A stretch of 64,000 bases of DNA from Pseudomonadota bacterium (GTDB taxonomy: Bacteria > Pseudomonadota > Gammaproteobacteria > Burkholderiales > Burkholderiaceae_F), in NCBI GenBank assembly GCA_021838715.1, contig JAKCCX010000006.1:7948-71947 (forward strand), written 5' to 3'. The number at the start of each line of letters is the position of its first letter. The first letter of the stretch is position 1. The translations under genes and the position numbers were made by a program. Shown here piece by piece: positions 9,758 through 20,076 of this stretch. Below the pieces are notes generated by a model. It was not told the DNA's origin. It ran no database searches and saw only the letters and a list, made by a program, of their open reading frames with translations.

Positions 9758-10723
9758 GTGACTTCGCCCTGCAGTCCCTCGATCCGGATTTTCCGCGGCC
9801 CGCCGCCGGCGGCCGCGCGCGCGCCCTGCGCCCTGGCGATCGGCAATTTCGACGGGGTGCATCGCGGCCACCGGGCACTGCTCGCGCGCGTGGCGCAAGC
9901 CGCCAGGGAACTGGGGCTCGTTCCGGCGGCCATGACCTTCGAGCCCCATCCGCGCGAATTCTTCCAGCCCGACGCCGCGCCGGCGCGGGTCGCCAACCTG
10001 CGCGACAAGATCGTCGGGCTGCGCAGCGCCGGGATCGAACGCGTGTTCGTGCTGCATTTCAACGCCCGCCTGGCGCAACTGCCGGCGGAGCGCTTCCTCG
10101 ACGAGGTCCTCATCGACGGCTGCGCGATGCGCTGGCTGATCGTCGGCGACGATTTCCGCTTCGGCGCGCGGCGCGCGGGCGACATCGCGCTGCTGCGCGC
10201 GCGGGCGCCGCAACGGGGGGTTGCCGTCCATGCGCTCGACACCATCCTGCAGGACGGCGAGCGGATCTCCAGTTCCGCGGTGCGCGCAGCGCTGATCGCC
10301 GGCGACCTGAAGCGCGCGCAAGACCTGCTGGGCCACCGCTACCACATCAGCGGCCGCGTGCTGCACGGCGCCAAACTCGGCCGCCGGATCGGCTACCCGA
10401 CCCTCAACCTGCGCATTCCGCACAAGCGGCCGGCGGCCAGCGGCATCTACGCCGTGCTGGTGCACGGACTGGGCGCACCGCGGCCGGGCGTGGCCAGCAT
10501 CGGCCTGCGGCCCACGATCGAGGCCGGCGGCCGCTGGCTGCTCGAAGTGCACCTGTTCGACTTCGCGCAGGAGATCTACGGCCACCTCGTGCGCGTCGAG
10601 TTCCTGCAGAAACTGCGCGACGAGGCGAAGTTCGACACGGTTGCGGAACTGACGGCCGCCATCGAGGACGACGCGACGCGCGCCCGTGCGATCATCGGCG
10701 AGTGGATGATGACTTCGGCGTGA
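9758..10723 (+). CDS. ribF: Bifunctional riboflavin kinase / FMN adenylyltransferase RibF
   Basis: LAIGNFDGVHRGH, then the riboflavin-kinase half (GRRIGYPTLNL...). Start assigned to in-frame GTG 9758; the track start at 9548 would read through the REP unit. The start is uncertain. Confidence 0.85.
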   Translation: MTSPCSPSIRIFRGPPPAAARAPCALAIGNFDGVHRGHRALLARVAQAARELGLVPAAMTFEPHPREFFQPDAAPARVANLRDKIVGLRSAGIERVFVLHFNARLAQLPAERFLDEVLIDGCAMRWLIVGDDFRFGARRAGDIALLRARAPQRGVAVHALDTILQDGERISSSAVRAALIAGDLKRAQDLLGHRYHISGRVLHGAKLGRRIGYPTLNLRIPHKRPAASGIYAVLVHGLGAPRPGVASIGLRPTIEAGGRWLLEVHLFDFAQEIYGHLVRVEFLQKLRDEAKFDTVAELTAAIEDDATRARAIIGEWMMTSA

Positions 10724-10781
10724 TTCCCCCGCACGGTGCGGCGCGCGGGCTCCCTTCCCCCAAGCAATGAACTGACAACGC

Positions 10782-13658
10782 ATGTCCGAACAAACCAAAG
10801 CGGCGTCGAAAGGCGCCTCCAAGTACCCCATGAACCTGCCGGACACCCCGTTTCCGATGCGGGGAGACCTGCCCCGGCGCGAACCCGGCTGGGTCGACGC
10901 GTGGGAACGCGAAGACGTCTACGGCCAGATTCGCGCGGCGCGGCGCGGCGCCCCCCGCTTCATCCTGCATGACGGCCCGCCCTACGCCAACGCGGCGATC
11001 CACCTCGGCCACGTCGTCAACAAGGTGCTCAAGGACATCATCGTCAAGTCCAAGTCGCTCGCGGGCTTCGACGCCGTGTACATCCCCGGATGGGATTGCC
11101 ACGGCATGCCGATCGAGATCCACATCGAACGCAAATTCGGCAAGCACCTGCCGCGCACCGAAGTGCAGGAAAAGGCGCGCGCCCATGCCGCCGAGCAGAT
11201 CGCCCTGCAAATGCAGGGCTTCCAGCGGCTCGGTGTCCTGGGGGACTGGGCCGACCCGTACCGCACGATGAATTTCCAGGCCGAGGCCGACGAGATCCGC
11301 ACCCTCAAGCGCATGATCGAACGCGGCTTCGTCTATCGCGGCCTGAAGCCGGTCAACTGGTGCTTCGACTGCAGCTCGGCGCTCGCCGAGGCGGAAGTGG
11401 AGTATGCGGACAAGGTTTCCCCGACCGTCGACGTGGCCTTCCCGGTCGCCGAAGACGACGCGGTGCGGGCCGCCGCGCTGTTCGGCCGCGCCGGATTCGA
11501 CAAGCCTTGTTCGACGGTGATCTGGACCACCACCCCGTGGACGCTGCCTGCGAACCAGGCGCTCAACGTGCATCCCGATCTCGTCTACGCCCTCGTCGAC
11601 TGCGGCGACCGCTATCTGATCCTGGCCGAGACGCTGGTCGAACGCTGCCTGGAACGGTTCGGACTGCAGGGGAGCGTCGTGGCCGGCGTGCGCGGCGCGC
11701 AACTCGAAGGGATCCACTTCCGGCACCCCTTGGCGACGATGCATCCGGGATACGCGCGCACGGCTCCCGTCTATGCCGCGGAATACGTCGGAGCCGACGA
11801 CGGCACCGGCATCGTCCACGCCGCCCCCGCCTACGGCGTCGAGGACTACCTCTCCTGCCGCCGCCATGGCATGGCCAACGACCAGATCCGCAATCCGGTC
11901 CAGGGCGACGGCATCTACGCACCCGACCTGCCGCTCTTCGGCGGCATGGGCATCTGGGACGCCAACGACAAGATCATCGACGCACTGCGGCTGGCGGGAG
12001 CGCTATTGCACGCCGCGCGCGTGCGCCACAGCTACATGCACTGCTGGCGCCACAAGACGCCGCTCATCTACCGCGCAGCACCGCAGTGGTTCGTGCGCAT
12101 GGATGGCGCAACGGCCGACACCCGCGGCGTGTTCCAGACCGAAACGGTGGGCGAAACCCTGCGCCAGACCGCGCTGCGCGCCGTCGAGGCGACGGAGTTC
12201 TATCCCGCCTGGGGCAAGGCGCGGCTGCACGCGATGATCGCCAACCGCCCGGACTGGTGCATCTCGCGCCAGCGCCACTGGGGCGTGCCGCTGCCGTTCT
12301 TCCTGCACCGGGCGACGGGCGAACTGCATCCCCGGACGCTCGAACTACTCGACGAAGCCGCGCGGCGGGTCGAACAGGGCGGCATCGAAGCCTGGTCGCG
12401 CACCGGTATCGAGGAGGTCCTGCCCGCCCAGGAAGCGCAGGAATACGTCAAGGTCGACGACATCCTCGACGTGTGGTTCGATTCCGGATCGACCCACCGC
12501 ACCGTGATGCGGGGCTCGCACGCCGAACAGCTCGGCTATCCGGCGGACATGTACCTCGAAGGGTCGGACCAGCACCGCGGCTGGTTCCATTCCTCGCTGC
12601 TCATCGGCTCCGCGATCGACGGCCGCGCGCCCTACAAGGCGCTGCTCACGCACGGTTTCACCGTCGACGCGCAGGGCCGCAAGATGAGCAAGAGCCTGGG
12701 CAACGGCATCGACCCCATCGAGTTGTCGGCGAAGCTGGGCGCGGAGATCATCCGCCTCTGGGTCGCCTCCACCGACTATTCGGGAGAGCTGTCGATCGGC
12801 GACGAAATCCTCAAGCGCGTCGTCGAGGCGTATCGGCGGATCCGCAACACGCTGCGCTTCCTGCTCGCCAACACGAGCGACTTCGACATCGCGACCCAGG
12901 CCGTGGCGGTGGACGATCTCTGCGAAATCGACCGCTACGCCCTCGCGCGCGCCGCGCAGCTCCAGAACGAACTGCGCGGCCACTACGACCGCTATGAGTT
13001 CCATCCGGTGGTGGCGAAGCTGCAGACCTACTGCTCGGAAGACCTCGGCGCCTTCTATCTCGACATCCTCAAGGACCGCCTCTACACCACCGGCGCCGCC
13101 GGGCAGCCGCGGCGCTCGGCGCAGACCGCGCTGTGGCACATCACGGCAACCCTGCTGCGGCTGATGGCGCCCATCCTGTCCTTCACCGCCGACGAGGCCT
13201 ACCGGATCTTCGCCCGCGACCCGGGCGCGCCGGTGTTCACGCAGCTCTTCCACGAACCGCCGCCGGTGGCGGGCCACGAAGCGCTGCTGGCCCGCTGGGA
13301 GGCGATCCGCGCGACCCGCGCCGAAGCCTTGAAACGGATCGAGGAGATGCGCGCCCAGGGGCACATCGGCTCATCGCTGCAGGCGGAACTCGCGATCCAC
13401 GCCCACGGCGAACGCCATGCGCTGCTCGCATCGCTCGGCGACGAATTGCGCTTCGTCACGATCACGAGCCGCGCCGAGCTGTTCGAGGCGCCCTCGCCCG
13501 CCGAGGAACGCATCGACGTGCACGCCAGCGGCGCCGTCAAATGCGAACGCTGCTGGCACTACCGCGATGACGTCGGCGTGGTCGCGGAACACCCCGGCCT
13601 CTGCGTGCGCTGCACGGACAATCTGTTCGGTACCGGCGAAACGAGGCGGTTCGCATGA
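10782..13658 (+). CDS. ileS: Isoleucine--tRNA ligase
   Basis: HIGH-type motif ([11 protein letters not shown]), KMSKS, and a C-terminal Zn finger (CERCWHY...CVRC). 957 aa. Confidence 0.97.
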   Translation: MSEQTKAASKGASKYPMNLPDTPFPMRGDLPRREPGWVDAWEREDVYGQIRAARRGAPRFILHDGPPYANAAIHLGHVVNKVLKDIIVKSKSLAGFDAVYIPGWDCHGMPIEIHIERKFGKHLPRTEVQEKARAHAAEQIALQMQGFQRLGVLGDWADPYRTMNFQAEADEIRTLKRMIERGFVYRGLKPVNWCFDCSSALAEAEVEYADKVSPTVDVAFPVAEDDAVRAAALFGRAGFDKPCSTVIWTTTPWTLPANQALNVHPDLVYALVDCGDRYLILAETLVERCLERFGLQGSVVAGVRGAQLEGIHFRHPLATMHPGYARTAPVYAAEYVGADDGTGIVHAAPAYGVEDYLSCRRHGMANDQIRNPVQGDGIYAPDLPLFGGMGIWDANDKIIDALRLAGALLHAARVRHSYMHCWRHKTPLIYRAAPQWFVRMDGATADTRGVFQTETVGETLRQTALRAVEATEFYPAWGKARLHAMIANRPDWCISRQRHWGVPLPFFLHRATGELHPRTLELLDEAARRVEQGGIEAWSRTGIEEVLPAQEAQEYVKVDDILDVWFDSGSTHRTVMRGSHAEQLGYPADMYLEGSDQHRGWFHSSLLIGSAIDGRAPYKALLTHGFTVDAQGRKMSKSLGNGIDPIELSAKLGAEIIRLWVASTDYSGELSIGDEILKRVVEAYRRIRNTLRFLLANTSDFDIATQAVAVDDLCEIDRYALARAAQLQNELRGHYDRYEFHPVVAKLQTYCSEDLGAFYLDILKDRLYTTGAAGQPRRSAQTALWHITATLLRLMAPILSFTADEAYRIFARDPGAPVFTQLFHEPPPVAGHEALLARWEAIRATRAEALKRIEEMRAQGHIGSSLQAELAIHAHGERHALLASLGDELRFVTITSRAELFEAPSPAEERIDVHASGAVKCERCWHYRDDVGVVAEHPGLCVRCTDNLFGTGETRRFA

Positions 13659-14194
13659 CCGAGGAACGGCTGCCGGCGCCCCCGATCGACGCTTCGCGCT
13701 GGCGCTGCATCCTGCCCTGGCTCGCCGTCGCCGCCGTCATCGTCGCCGTCGATCAGGTCACCAAGGCGCGCATCCTGGCGTCCCTCACGCTCGGGCAGGT
13801 CGTCCCGGTGACGTCCTACTTCGACCTCGTGCTGGCCTACAACCGGGGGGCCGCCTTCTCGCTGCTCGCCGACGCGGGCGGATGGCAGGGTTTCCTGTTC
13901 CTCGCGATCGGCGTGGCCGCGTGCACGGCCATCGTCTGGATGCTGATGACCCACCCCGGTCGGACCCGGTTCTCGGCGGCGCTTTCGCTGATCCTGGGCG
14001 GCGCGCTGGGGAACATCGTCGACCGGGTTCACTACGGCCATGTCATCGACTTCCTCGAATTCCACTGGGACTGGCTCCGTCCGGTCTTTCCCGGCGGCTA
14101 CTATCCGGCGTTCAACGTCGCAGACAGCGCCATTTCGGTCGGCGCCGTGCTGCTGGTCGTGGACGAATTGCTGCGGATGCGGCATCGAGGCTGA
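13655..14194 (+). CDS. lspA: Lipoprotein signal peptidase II
   Basis: Four TM segments, NRGAAFS and GNIVDR motifs. ATGA overlap with ileS; conserved ribF-ileS-lspA order. Confidence 0.9.
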   Translation: MTEERLPAPPIDASRWRCILPWLAVAAVIVAVDQVTKARILASLTLGQVVPVTSYFDLVLAYNRGAAFSLLADAGGWQGFLFLAIGVAACTAIVWMLMTHPGRTRFSAALSLILGGALGNIVDRVHYGHVIDFLEFHWDWLRPVFPGGYYPAFNVADSAISVGAVLLVVDELLRMRHRG

Positions 14195-14209
14195 TTGCGG
14201 GACGGACGC

Positions 14210-15511
14210 ATGACGGAATCACACACCCCCTCACCACCGGCCCCGCTTGCGCAAGCGGGCGCGGCGCGTCCCGGCGTCGATGCCGGCGCGGCAGCGACGG
14301 AGCCGGGGTTGCTCGCGGGGCGCAGGATCCTGCTCGGCGTGACCGGCGGCATCGCCGCGTACAAGTCCTGTGAACTCATCCGCCTGCTGCGCGCAGAAGG
14401 TGCCCGCGTCCAGGCCGTGATGACCCGTGCCGCGCGCGAATTCATCGGCCCCGCGACCCTGCAGGCGCTCACCGGTTCGCCGGTGTTCGACGATCTCTGG
14501 GACCCGCGGGTGGCGGATGGCATGGCCCACATCGCGCTGTCGCGCGACGCCGACGCGATCGTCGTCGCGCCGGCGACCGCCGACTTCCTCGGCAAGATCG
14601 CCAACGGCCTGTGCGACGACCTGCTGTCGACCCTCGTCCTGGCACGGCGGAATGCGCAGTGCCCGCTGCTGCTCGCCCCGGCGATGAACGTCGAAATGTG
14701 GGCGCAACCCGCGGTGCAGCGCAACGTCGCGCAACTGCGCGCCGACGGCGCGCTGCTGCTCGGTCCGGCCTGCGGCGAACAGGCCTGCGGCGAAAGCGGC
14801 GCCGGCCGGATGCTCGAGCCCGCCGCCATCCTCGAGGAAATCATTGCGGCCTTCCAGCCCAAGCTGCTGCAAGGGCGCCGCGTCCTCGTCACCGCCGGCC
14901 CCACGTACGAAGCGATCGATCCGGTGCGCGGCATCACCAACCGGTCCTCGGGCAAGATGGGCTATGCGGTGGCGCGCGCGGCGCGCGAGGCCGGCGCGGC
15001 GGTCACGCTGGTGAGCGGCCCCACGGGACTCGCCGCCCCCCACGGCGTGCGCCGCATCGACGTGCTGAGCGCGGAAGAAATGCGCGCCGCCGTGCTCGAC
15101 GCCGCGGGCGATGCCGACGTCTTCGTCGCCGTCGCCGCGGTCGCCGACTGGCGTCCCGAGTCGGCGGCGCCACGCAAGCTTAAGAAGGCCGCGGGAGCGC
15201 CGCCCGCGCTGGCGCTCGTCGCCAATCCCGACATCCTCGCCGGAGTCGCCCGGCTTGCCGAACCGCCGCTCTGCGTCGGATTCGCGGCCGAAACCGAAGA
15301 CATGATCGACCATGCCCGCGCCAAGCTGCAGGCCAAGCGCCTGGCGATGGTCATCGCCAATGCCGCGCAGGACGCCATCGGCGCCGACGACAGCGCGCTC
15401 ACGATCGTCGACGAGGCCGGGATCCGCGCCCTGCCCCGCGCGCCCAAGCTGGAGCAGGCCCGGCGCATCGTCGCCGCGATCGCCGAACGACTCGCCCAGA
15501 CCGCCGCATGA
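14210..15511 (+). CDS. coaBC: Phosphopantothenoylcysteine decarboxylase / phosphopantothenate--cysteine ligase CoaBC (Dfp)
   Basis: [33 protein letters not shown] and the C-terminal ligase half. Start set at ATG 14210 rather than the track TTG 14195. Confidence 0.9.
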   Translation: MTESHTPSPPAPLAQAGAARPGVDAGAAATEPGLLAGRRILLGVTGGIAAYKSCELIRLLRAEGARVQAVMTRAAREFIGPATLQALTGSPVFDDLWDPRVADGMAHIALSRDADAIVVAPATADFLGKIANGLCDDLLSTLVLARRNAQCPLLLAPAMNVEMWAQPAVQRNVAQLRADGALLLGPACGEQACGESGAGRMLEPAAILEEIIAAFQPKLLQGRRVLVTAGPTYEAIDPVRGITNRSSGKMGYAVARAAREAGAAVTLVSGPTGLAAPHGVRRIDVLSAEEMRAAVLDAAGDADVFVAVAAVADWRPESAAPRKLKKAAGAPPALALVANPDILAGVARLAEPPLCVGFAAETEDMIDHARAKLQAKRLAMVIANAAQDAIGADDSALTIVDEAGIRALPRAPKLEQARRIVAAIAERLAQTAA

Positions 15512-15524
15512 GACCAGAACCGCC

Positions 15525-15974
15525 ATGAGCACCCTTGCGCTTCGCATCCTCGACGACCGGCTCCACGCCACTCCGCCCGCCTACGCGACACCCGGCTCGG
15601 CCGGCATCGACCTGCGCGCCTGCATCGCCGACGCGCTCTCCCTCGCGCCTGGCGAAAGCCGGCTGGTACCGGCCGGAATCGCGATCCACCTTGCGGACCC
15701 CGGGCTCGCGGCGGTGATCCTGCCGCGTTCAGGCCTCGGCCACCGCCACGGCATCGTGCTGGGCAATCTCGTCGGCCTGATCGATTCGGACTACCAGGGG
15801 CAGATCATGGTATCGCTCTGGAACCGCAGCGCGGAACCGTACCGGATCGAACCGATGGAGCGCATCGCGCAGCTCGTCGTCATCCCCGTGCAGCAGGTGC
15901 GGCTCGAGGTGGTCGACGGGTTTGAGGAAAGCACCCGCGGCGAAGGCGGGTTCGGCAGCACCGGCAAGGGATAG
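15525..15974 (+). CDS. dut: dUTP diphosphatase
   Basis: ORF 15312..15974 trimmed to ATG 15525. Motifs [24 protein letters not shown] and [10 protein letters not shown] are present. Confidence 0.95.
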   Translation: MSTLALRILDDRLHATPPAYATPGSAGIDLRACIADALSLAPGESRLVPAGIAIHLADPGLAAVILPRSGLGHRHGIVLGNLVGLIDSDYQGQIMVSLWNRSAEPYRIEPMERIAQLVVIPVQQVRLEVVDGFEESTRGEGGFGSTGKG

Positions 15975-16012
15975 CACCCCCGGGTTTCCGGAGGCTCCCG
16001 CGCCTGCCGCGG

Positions 16013-16489
16013 TCAGTGCGTCGCGCCGCGGTCGGCCGCGCGCGTGAAGAATCCGACGATCGCCGCGACCCCCATCCGACGCGCATCGGCCAGTTCCCCG
16101 GCCTGCGTCGCATAGACCAGCCGGTCGTTGCCGCTCAACAGCGCCGCGGCCGGGATCCCCCGCCGCAGGTCGATCCCGTACTGCTGTGCGAACCCGACGT
16201 TGCGGTCGAACGCGCCGACGTCGACCTGGACGACGACGAAGCGCTTCTGCAGGCCCGCCGCGGCCGGCGCGCGCAGCGCCCGATCCAGCACCCGGCAATC
16301 CGCGCACCAGTCCGCCCCGAAGACCACGAGGACATCCTTGTGCTCGGAATGGGCTTCCACCAGCGCCTGCCGGATCTCGGCCTGCGCATCGGCGTGGGGG
16401 TTGTACGGCGACGCCCCCGCCGGGATGGCGCCCAAGAGCGCCAGGAGGCCCACGGCGATCCCGGCGCGAAAAACCGACAGGCGTTTCAT
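16013..16489 (-). CDS. Exported thioredoxin-fold protein (CxxC)
   Basis: Trimmed to ATG 16489 (MKRLSVFRAGIAVGLLALLGAIPAGA signal peptide; GGAGG upstream). WCADC redox motif. Confidence 0.7.
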   Translation of the reverse strand: MKRLSVFRAGIAVGLLALLGAIPAGASPYNPHADAQAEIRQALVEAHSEHKDVLVVFGADWCADCRVLDRALRAPAAAGLQKRFVVVQVDVGAFDRNVGFAQQYGIDLRRGIPAAALLSGNDRLVYATQAGELADARRMGVAAIVGFFTRAADRGATH

Positions 16490-16558
16490 GGCGACGTCCT
16501 CCGCTCGATACGAACCACTCCGAGCGGACACTATGCCACCGCCACAGGCGCCCGGCAC

Positions 16559-16575
16559 TGCGACAAATTGTCGCA
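16559..16575. promoter_or_regulatory. Perfect 17-nt palindrome in a divergent promoter region (candidate operator)
   Basis: TGCGACAA-A-TTGTCGCA has 8-bp perfect arms. It lies 55 nt upstream of the symporter ATG and 70 nt upstream of the thioredoxin-fold gene. Confidence 0.45.
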
Positions 16576-16630
16576 CCCGTCCCCGTCCCGGCTAGAATTC
16601 CCCCGCCCCTCGCCACGGAAATGCCGCGCA

Positions 16631-18127
16631 ATGCTCCTCTGGTTCGTCATCGCCTATTGGATCGTATCGGTCGGGATCGGCCTCTATGCCGCCACCCGCG
16701 TACGCAACACGAAGGACTTCGTCGTCGCCGGCCGCCACCTGCCGTTCCACATCGTGACCGCCACGGTGTTCGCGACCTGGTTCGGTTCCGAAACCGTGCT
16801 GGGAATCCCCGCGACCTTCCTGAAGCAGAACCTGAACGGCGTCGTCGCCGATCCGTTCGGATCGTCGCTGTGCCTCATCCTCGTCGGGCTGTTCTTCGCC
16901 GCACCGCTATACCGCATGAACCTGCTGACGATCGGCGACTTCTACAAGAAACGCTTCGGGCGCACCGTCGAGGTGATGACCACCCTGGCGATCGTGCTCT
17001 CCTATCTCGGCTGGGTCGGCGCCCAGATCAACGCCCTGGGGCTGGTCTTCAACGTGGTGTCCCACGGCACGATCACCAAGCTCGCGGGCATGTGGATCGG
17101 CTCGGCGACGATCCTCGTCTACACCCTGTTCGGCGGCATGTGGGCGGTGGCGATCACCGACTTCCTGCAGATGATCATCATCGTGCTGGGCATGCTCTAC
17201 ATCGGCGGATCGGTGAGCAGTCTGGTGGGCGGGGTCGGAACGGTCGTGGCGCATGCCGCCGCGGCCGGCAAATTCTCGTTCTGGCCGCCGCTCGACATCA
17301 AGGACGTCATCGGCTTCTTCGCGGCATGGATCACCATGATGCTGGGGTCGATCCCGCAGCAGGACGTGTTCCAGCGCGTCCAGTCGTCGAAGACCGAGCC
17401 GATCGCCGTCTGGGCCTCGGTGACGGGCGGCACGCTGTACTTCCTGTTCGCCTTCGTGCCGATGTTTCTCGCCTATTCCGCGACGCTGATCGAGCCCAGG
17501 ATGGTCTCCGGCCTGATCGACACCGACCCGCAGATGATCCTGCCGCGCCTCGTGCTCGACAAGGCGCCGCTCATCGCGCAGGTGATGTTCTTCGGCGCCC
17601 TGCTCTCCGCGATCAAGAGCTGCGCCTCCGCGACGCTGCTCGCGCCGTCGGTCACCTTCACCGAAAACGTGCTCAAGCCCTGGTTTCCGGAGTGGTCCGA
17701 CCGCAAGCTGCTCTTCGCGATGCGCGCCGTCACCTTGAGTTTCACCGTTCTGGTGACGCTCTACGCGGTGTTCTCGCACCTCACCATCTTCAAGATGGTC
17801 GAGGACGCCTACCAGGTGACGCTGGTATGCGCCTTCGTTCCGCTCTTCTGCGGGGTGTACTGGAAGCACGCCACCAACCAGGGTTCGCTGCTGTCGATCT
17901 TCCTCGGCCTGTCGGTGTGGCTGGCGATGGAGTTTTTCGGCCCGGACGATCCGCTGATTCCTGGACAGCTCGCCGGCCTGCTTGCCAGTGCGTTCGGCAT
18001 GGTCGTCGGCTCGCTCGGGCCGCAACGCATCCCGCACCAGGCGATGACCCACGAGGAAATCCTCCGCGCCCACGGCAAACTGAGCGGCCACGCCGCGCAG
18101 CTCACCCACCACGTCGCGGCGGAATAG
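16631..18127 (+). CDS. Sodium:solute symporter (SSS) family transporter
   Basis: Trimmed to ATG 16631 (MLLWFVIAYWIVSVGIGLYA...). About 13 TM segments and an N-terminal ...FVVAGRHLP...ATWFGSETVLG pattern typical of SSS permeases. Substrate unknown. Confidence 0.8.
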   Translation: MLLWFVIAYWIVSVGIGLYAATRVRNTKDFVVAGRHLPFHIVTATVFATWFGSETVLGIPATFLKQNLNGVVADPFGSSLCLILVGLFFAAPLYRMNLLTIGDFYKKRFGRTVEVMTTLAIVLSYLGWVGAQINALGLVFNVVSHGTITKLAGMWIGSATILVYTLFGGMWAVAITDFLQMIIIVLGMLYIGGSVSSLVGGVGTVVAHAAAAGKFSFWPPLDIKDVIGFFAAWITMMLGSIPQQDVFQRVQSSKTEPIAVWASVTGGTLYFLFAFVPMFLAYSATLIEPRMVSGLIDTDPQMILPRLVLDKAPLIAQVMFFGALLSAIKSCASATLLAPSVTFTENVLKPWFPEWSDRKLLFAMRAVTLSFTVLVTLYAVFSHLTIFKMVEDAYQVTLVCAFVPLFCGVYWKHATNQGSLLSIFLGLSVWLAMEFFGPDDPLIPGQLAGLLASAFGMVVGSLGPQRIPHQAMTHEEILRAHGKLSGHAAQLTHHVAAE

Positions 18128-18155
18128 AAGTTCGTCGATCGCAGTCGCGATCATT

Positions 18156-18183
18156 TTGACATCCGGCTTCTTATCGATATAAT
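18156..18183 (+). promoter_or_regulatory. Near-consensus sigma70 promoter for the tRNA genes
   Basis: TTGACA (18156-18161), 16-nt spacer, TATAAT (18178-18183), then a GC-rich discriminator. tRNA-Gly begins 13 nt downstream. Confidence 0.7.
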
Positions 18184-18195
18184 TGCGCTCCTTTC

Positions 18196-18271
18196 GCGGG
18201 AATAGCTCAGTTGGTAGAGCGCAACCTTGCCAAGGTTGAGGTCGCGAGTTCGAGACTCGTTTCCCGCTCCA
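18196..18271 (+). tRNA. tRNA-Gly (anticodon GCC)
   Basis: GCGGGAATAGCTCAGTTGGTAGAGC...CTTGCCAAG...GGTCGCGAGTTCGAGACTCGTTTCCCGCTCCA folds as a cloverleaf with an encoded CCA. Confidence 0.95.
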
Positions 18272-18282
18272 GATTCTTTCCC

Positions 18283-18308
18283 AAAAGCCGCGTTGCGGCT
18301 TTTGTTTC
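18283..18308 (+). terminator. Hairpin plus T-tract between tRNA-Gly and tRNA-Cys
   Basis: AAAAGCCGC-GTT-GCGGCTTTT followed by GTTTC: a 9-bp stem with a 3-nt loop. Confidence 0.6.
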
Positions 18309-18395
18309 GCGGTTCGCATCGCCTCTCCGGCATGCGGATTGCAGGCGGAGTTTCCCGGACGTCCTTTGGTTCCGGGGTCGACGATGCCCGTGCAT

Positions 18396-18469
18396 GGCGG
18401 GGTGGCAGAGTGGTCATGCAGCGGACTGCAAATCCGTGTACGCCGGTTCGATTCCGACCCCCGCCTCCA
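18396..18469 (+). tRNA. tRNA-Cys (anticodon GCA)
   Basis: GGCGGGGTGGCAGAG...GGACTGCAAATCC...GGTTCGATTCCGACCCCCGCCTCCA. Acceptor and anticodon stems pair; there is one C-A mismatch in the T stem. Confidence 0.88.
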
Positions 18470-18560
18470 ACGACGTTTCGCCCCCGCACCTCCGATCGTC
18501 CCCTCCCCTGGCTTTGATATCCTCCCACGGAAGACCTTACGCGCAACGGCGAAAATTCTC

Positions 18561-19283
18561 ATGAGCAGGCGGGCACTCGTTACAGGGGGAAGTGGGGGCA
18601 TTGGCAGCGCGATTTGCAAACGGCTTGCCGCCGATGGATGCCACATCTTCGTGCATGCGAACGCAAACCCGGATGCCGCCGAAGAAATTGCGGGCGAGAT
18701 CATCGCGGCTGGCGGATCGGCCGAGGCGGTGTGCTTTGACATTACGAACGCCGGGCAAACGCGCGATGCCCTGGAATCCCTCCTCGAAGGGGGAGCCATC
18801 CAGATACTCGTCAACAATGCCGGGATCCATGATGACGCCGTATTCCCCGGGATGCGGACCGAACAATGGCATCGCGTGATCGATGTCTCGCTTCACGGAT
18901 TTTTCCATGCCACCCAACCGCTTGTCCTTCCAATGGTCCGGCAGCGATGGGGACGGATCGTCACCATCTCCTCGATAAGCGCGCTCGTCGGCAACCGGGG
19001 GCAGGTGAATTACGCGGCAGCGAAGGGGGCCGTCAACGCCGCCACCAAATCGCTTGCCGTGGAACTCGCAAGTCGAGGCATCACCGTGAACGCCGTCGCT
19101 CCCGGCATCATCGCGACGCCGGCGACGGCAGACGTATTCGACCGCGCCGCCATCGAATCGATGGTGCCCATGAAGCGCGCGGGAACTGTTGATGACGTGT
19201 CGAACCTTGTGGGATTCCTGTGTTCCGACCAAGCGTCCTACATCACCGGGCAAATCATCGCGATCAATGGGGGGATGTTCTAG
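18561..19283 (+). CDS. 3-oxoacyl-ACP reductase (SDR, FabG/ApeQ-like) of the aryl-polyene cluster
   Basis: ALVTGGSGGIGSAI, NNAG and YAAAKGAV (Y-x3-K) motifs. ORF trimmed to ATG 18561. Confidence 0.85.
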   Translation: MSRRALVTGGSGGIGSAICKRLAADGCHIFVHANANPDAAEEIAGEIIAAGGSAEAVCFDITNAGQTRDALESLLEGGAIQILVNNAGIHDDAVFPGMRTEQWHRVIDVSLHGFFHATQPLVLPMVRQRWGRIVTISSISALVGNRGQVNYAAAKGAVNAATKSLAVELASRGITVNAVAPGIIATPATADVFDRAAIESMVPMKRAGTVDDVSNLVGFLCSDQASYITGQIIAINGGMF

Positions 19284-19388
19284 ACGCAGCGCACCTTGCA
19301 CCCGCCCCCGTCCGTTCCGATTAAAATTTTTCCAGGCAGTAGGGAATTTCCCCGCATATGCGAAGGAGATCCCCCAAAGCGATTCCCG

Positions 19389-19682
19389 ATGACGACATTC
19401 GATTCCTCACCCGCCTCCGGCCAGGCACCCGATCTCCAGGAAGAGATTCGAGACCTCATTGTCTCCTCGTTGAACCTTACCGAACTCCCGGCCGATATCT
19501 CCGGTGATACGCCGCTGTATGGAGAAGGATTGGGGCTGGACTCGATCGACATTCTCGAAGTCGCGCTATTGGTGTCGAAACGCTATGGCCTGCAGCTTCG
19601 TGCCGACGACGGCAACAACGTCCAGATCTTCAAGACATTGGGATCGTTGGCGAAACACATTGCCGCCAACCGCACGAAGTAG
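19389..19682 (+). CDS. Acyl carrier protein (cluster ACP 1)
   Basis: 97 aa with the GLDSIDILE phosphopantetheine-attachment motif. Trimmed to ATG 19389. Confidence 0.8.
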   Translation: MTTFDSSPASGQAPDLQEEIRDLIVSSLNLTELPADISGDTPLYGEGLGLDSIDILEVALLVSKRYGLQLRADDGNNVQIFKTLGSLAKHIAANRTK

Positions 19683-19981
19683 TGGTGGCATCATTTCCAG
19701 CCCGGCTTGAAGTCCCGGCCTCCCACCCGATGTTCGCGGGCCATTTCCCGGACCATCCGATCGTTCCGGGGGCATGGATGATCGCGGAAGCCATGAAGAT
19801 CCTCAACGCATCGACGGAAATGCCATTCGCCTTGCGACACATCGAATCGATCAAGTTCCAGCGCCCGGTTCCCCCGGGGACGACCCTGGATCTCGCGCTG
19901 ACGCACAAAGGTCCCGACCGGATCGATCTACAGATCTTCCAGGGTGGAGAGGTTGTGGCAGAGATCCGTTTTCGTCCATAA
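19682..19981 (+). CDS. Small hotdog-fold 3-hydroxyacyl-ACP dehydratase (FabZ/ApeI-like)
   Basis: GHFPDHPIVPGAW active-site-type motif. 99 aa. The GTG start overlaps the ACP stop by 1 nt (TAGTG). Confidence 0.7.
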   Translation: MVASFPARLEVPASHPMFAGHFPDHPIVPGAWMIAEAMKILNASTEMPFALRHIESIKFQRPVPPGTTLDLALTHKGPDRIDLQIFQGGEVVAEIRFRP

Positions 19982-20076
19982 CCGCGTTCGATGCCGCACA
20001 AGCGAAGTCGATTTGAAGCGGGTATCGTCATCCGCATGCAGAACTTTTCCGGAATCTCGCCAAGGCAGCCATCGCC

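Noticed and set aside
7445-10846. Single 1133-aa minus-strand ORF in the track
   Set aside because: Only the C-terminal 504 aa (7445-8959) look like a real protein (RsmB family). The rest is Arg/Pro/Gly-rich read-through, antisense to ribF and out of frame with purN, which is typical of stop-poor frames in high-GC DNA.
16559-16575. A shared regulator for the 16559 palindrome and the 39391-39427 repeats (both contain TGTCGC/GCGACA)
   Set aside because: The half-sites are arranged in opposite relative orientation (GCGACA-N3-TGTCGC versus TGTCGC-N5-GCGACA) and with different spacing, so one dimeric protein is unlikely to read both. The similarity is probably coincidental in GC-rich DNA.
18396-18469. 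tRNA-Cys as a pseudo-tRNA because of a C-A mismatch in the T stem
   Set aside because: The acceptor, anticodon and D arms, the GCA anticodon loop and the GGTTCGATTCC T-loop are intact, and single stem mismatches are common. It is kept as a functional tRNA call.
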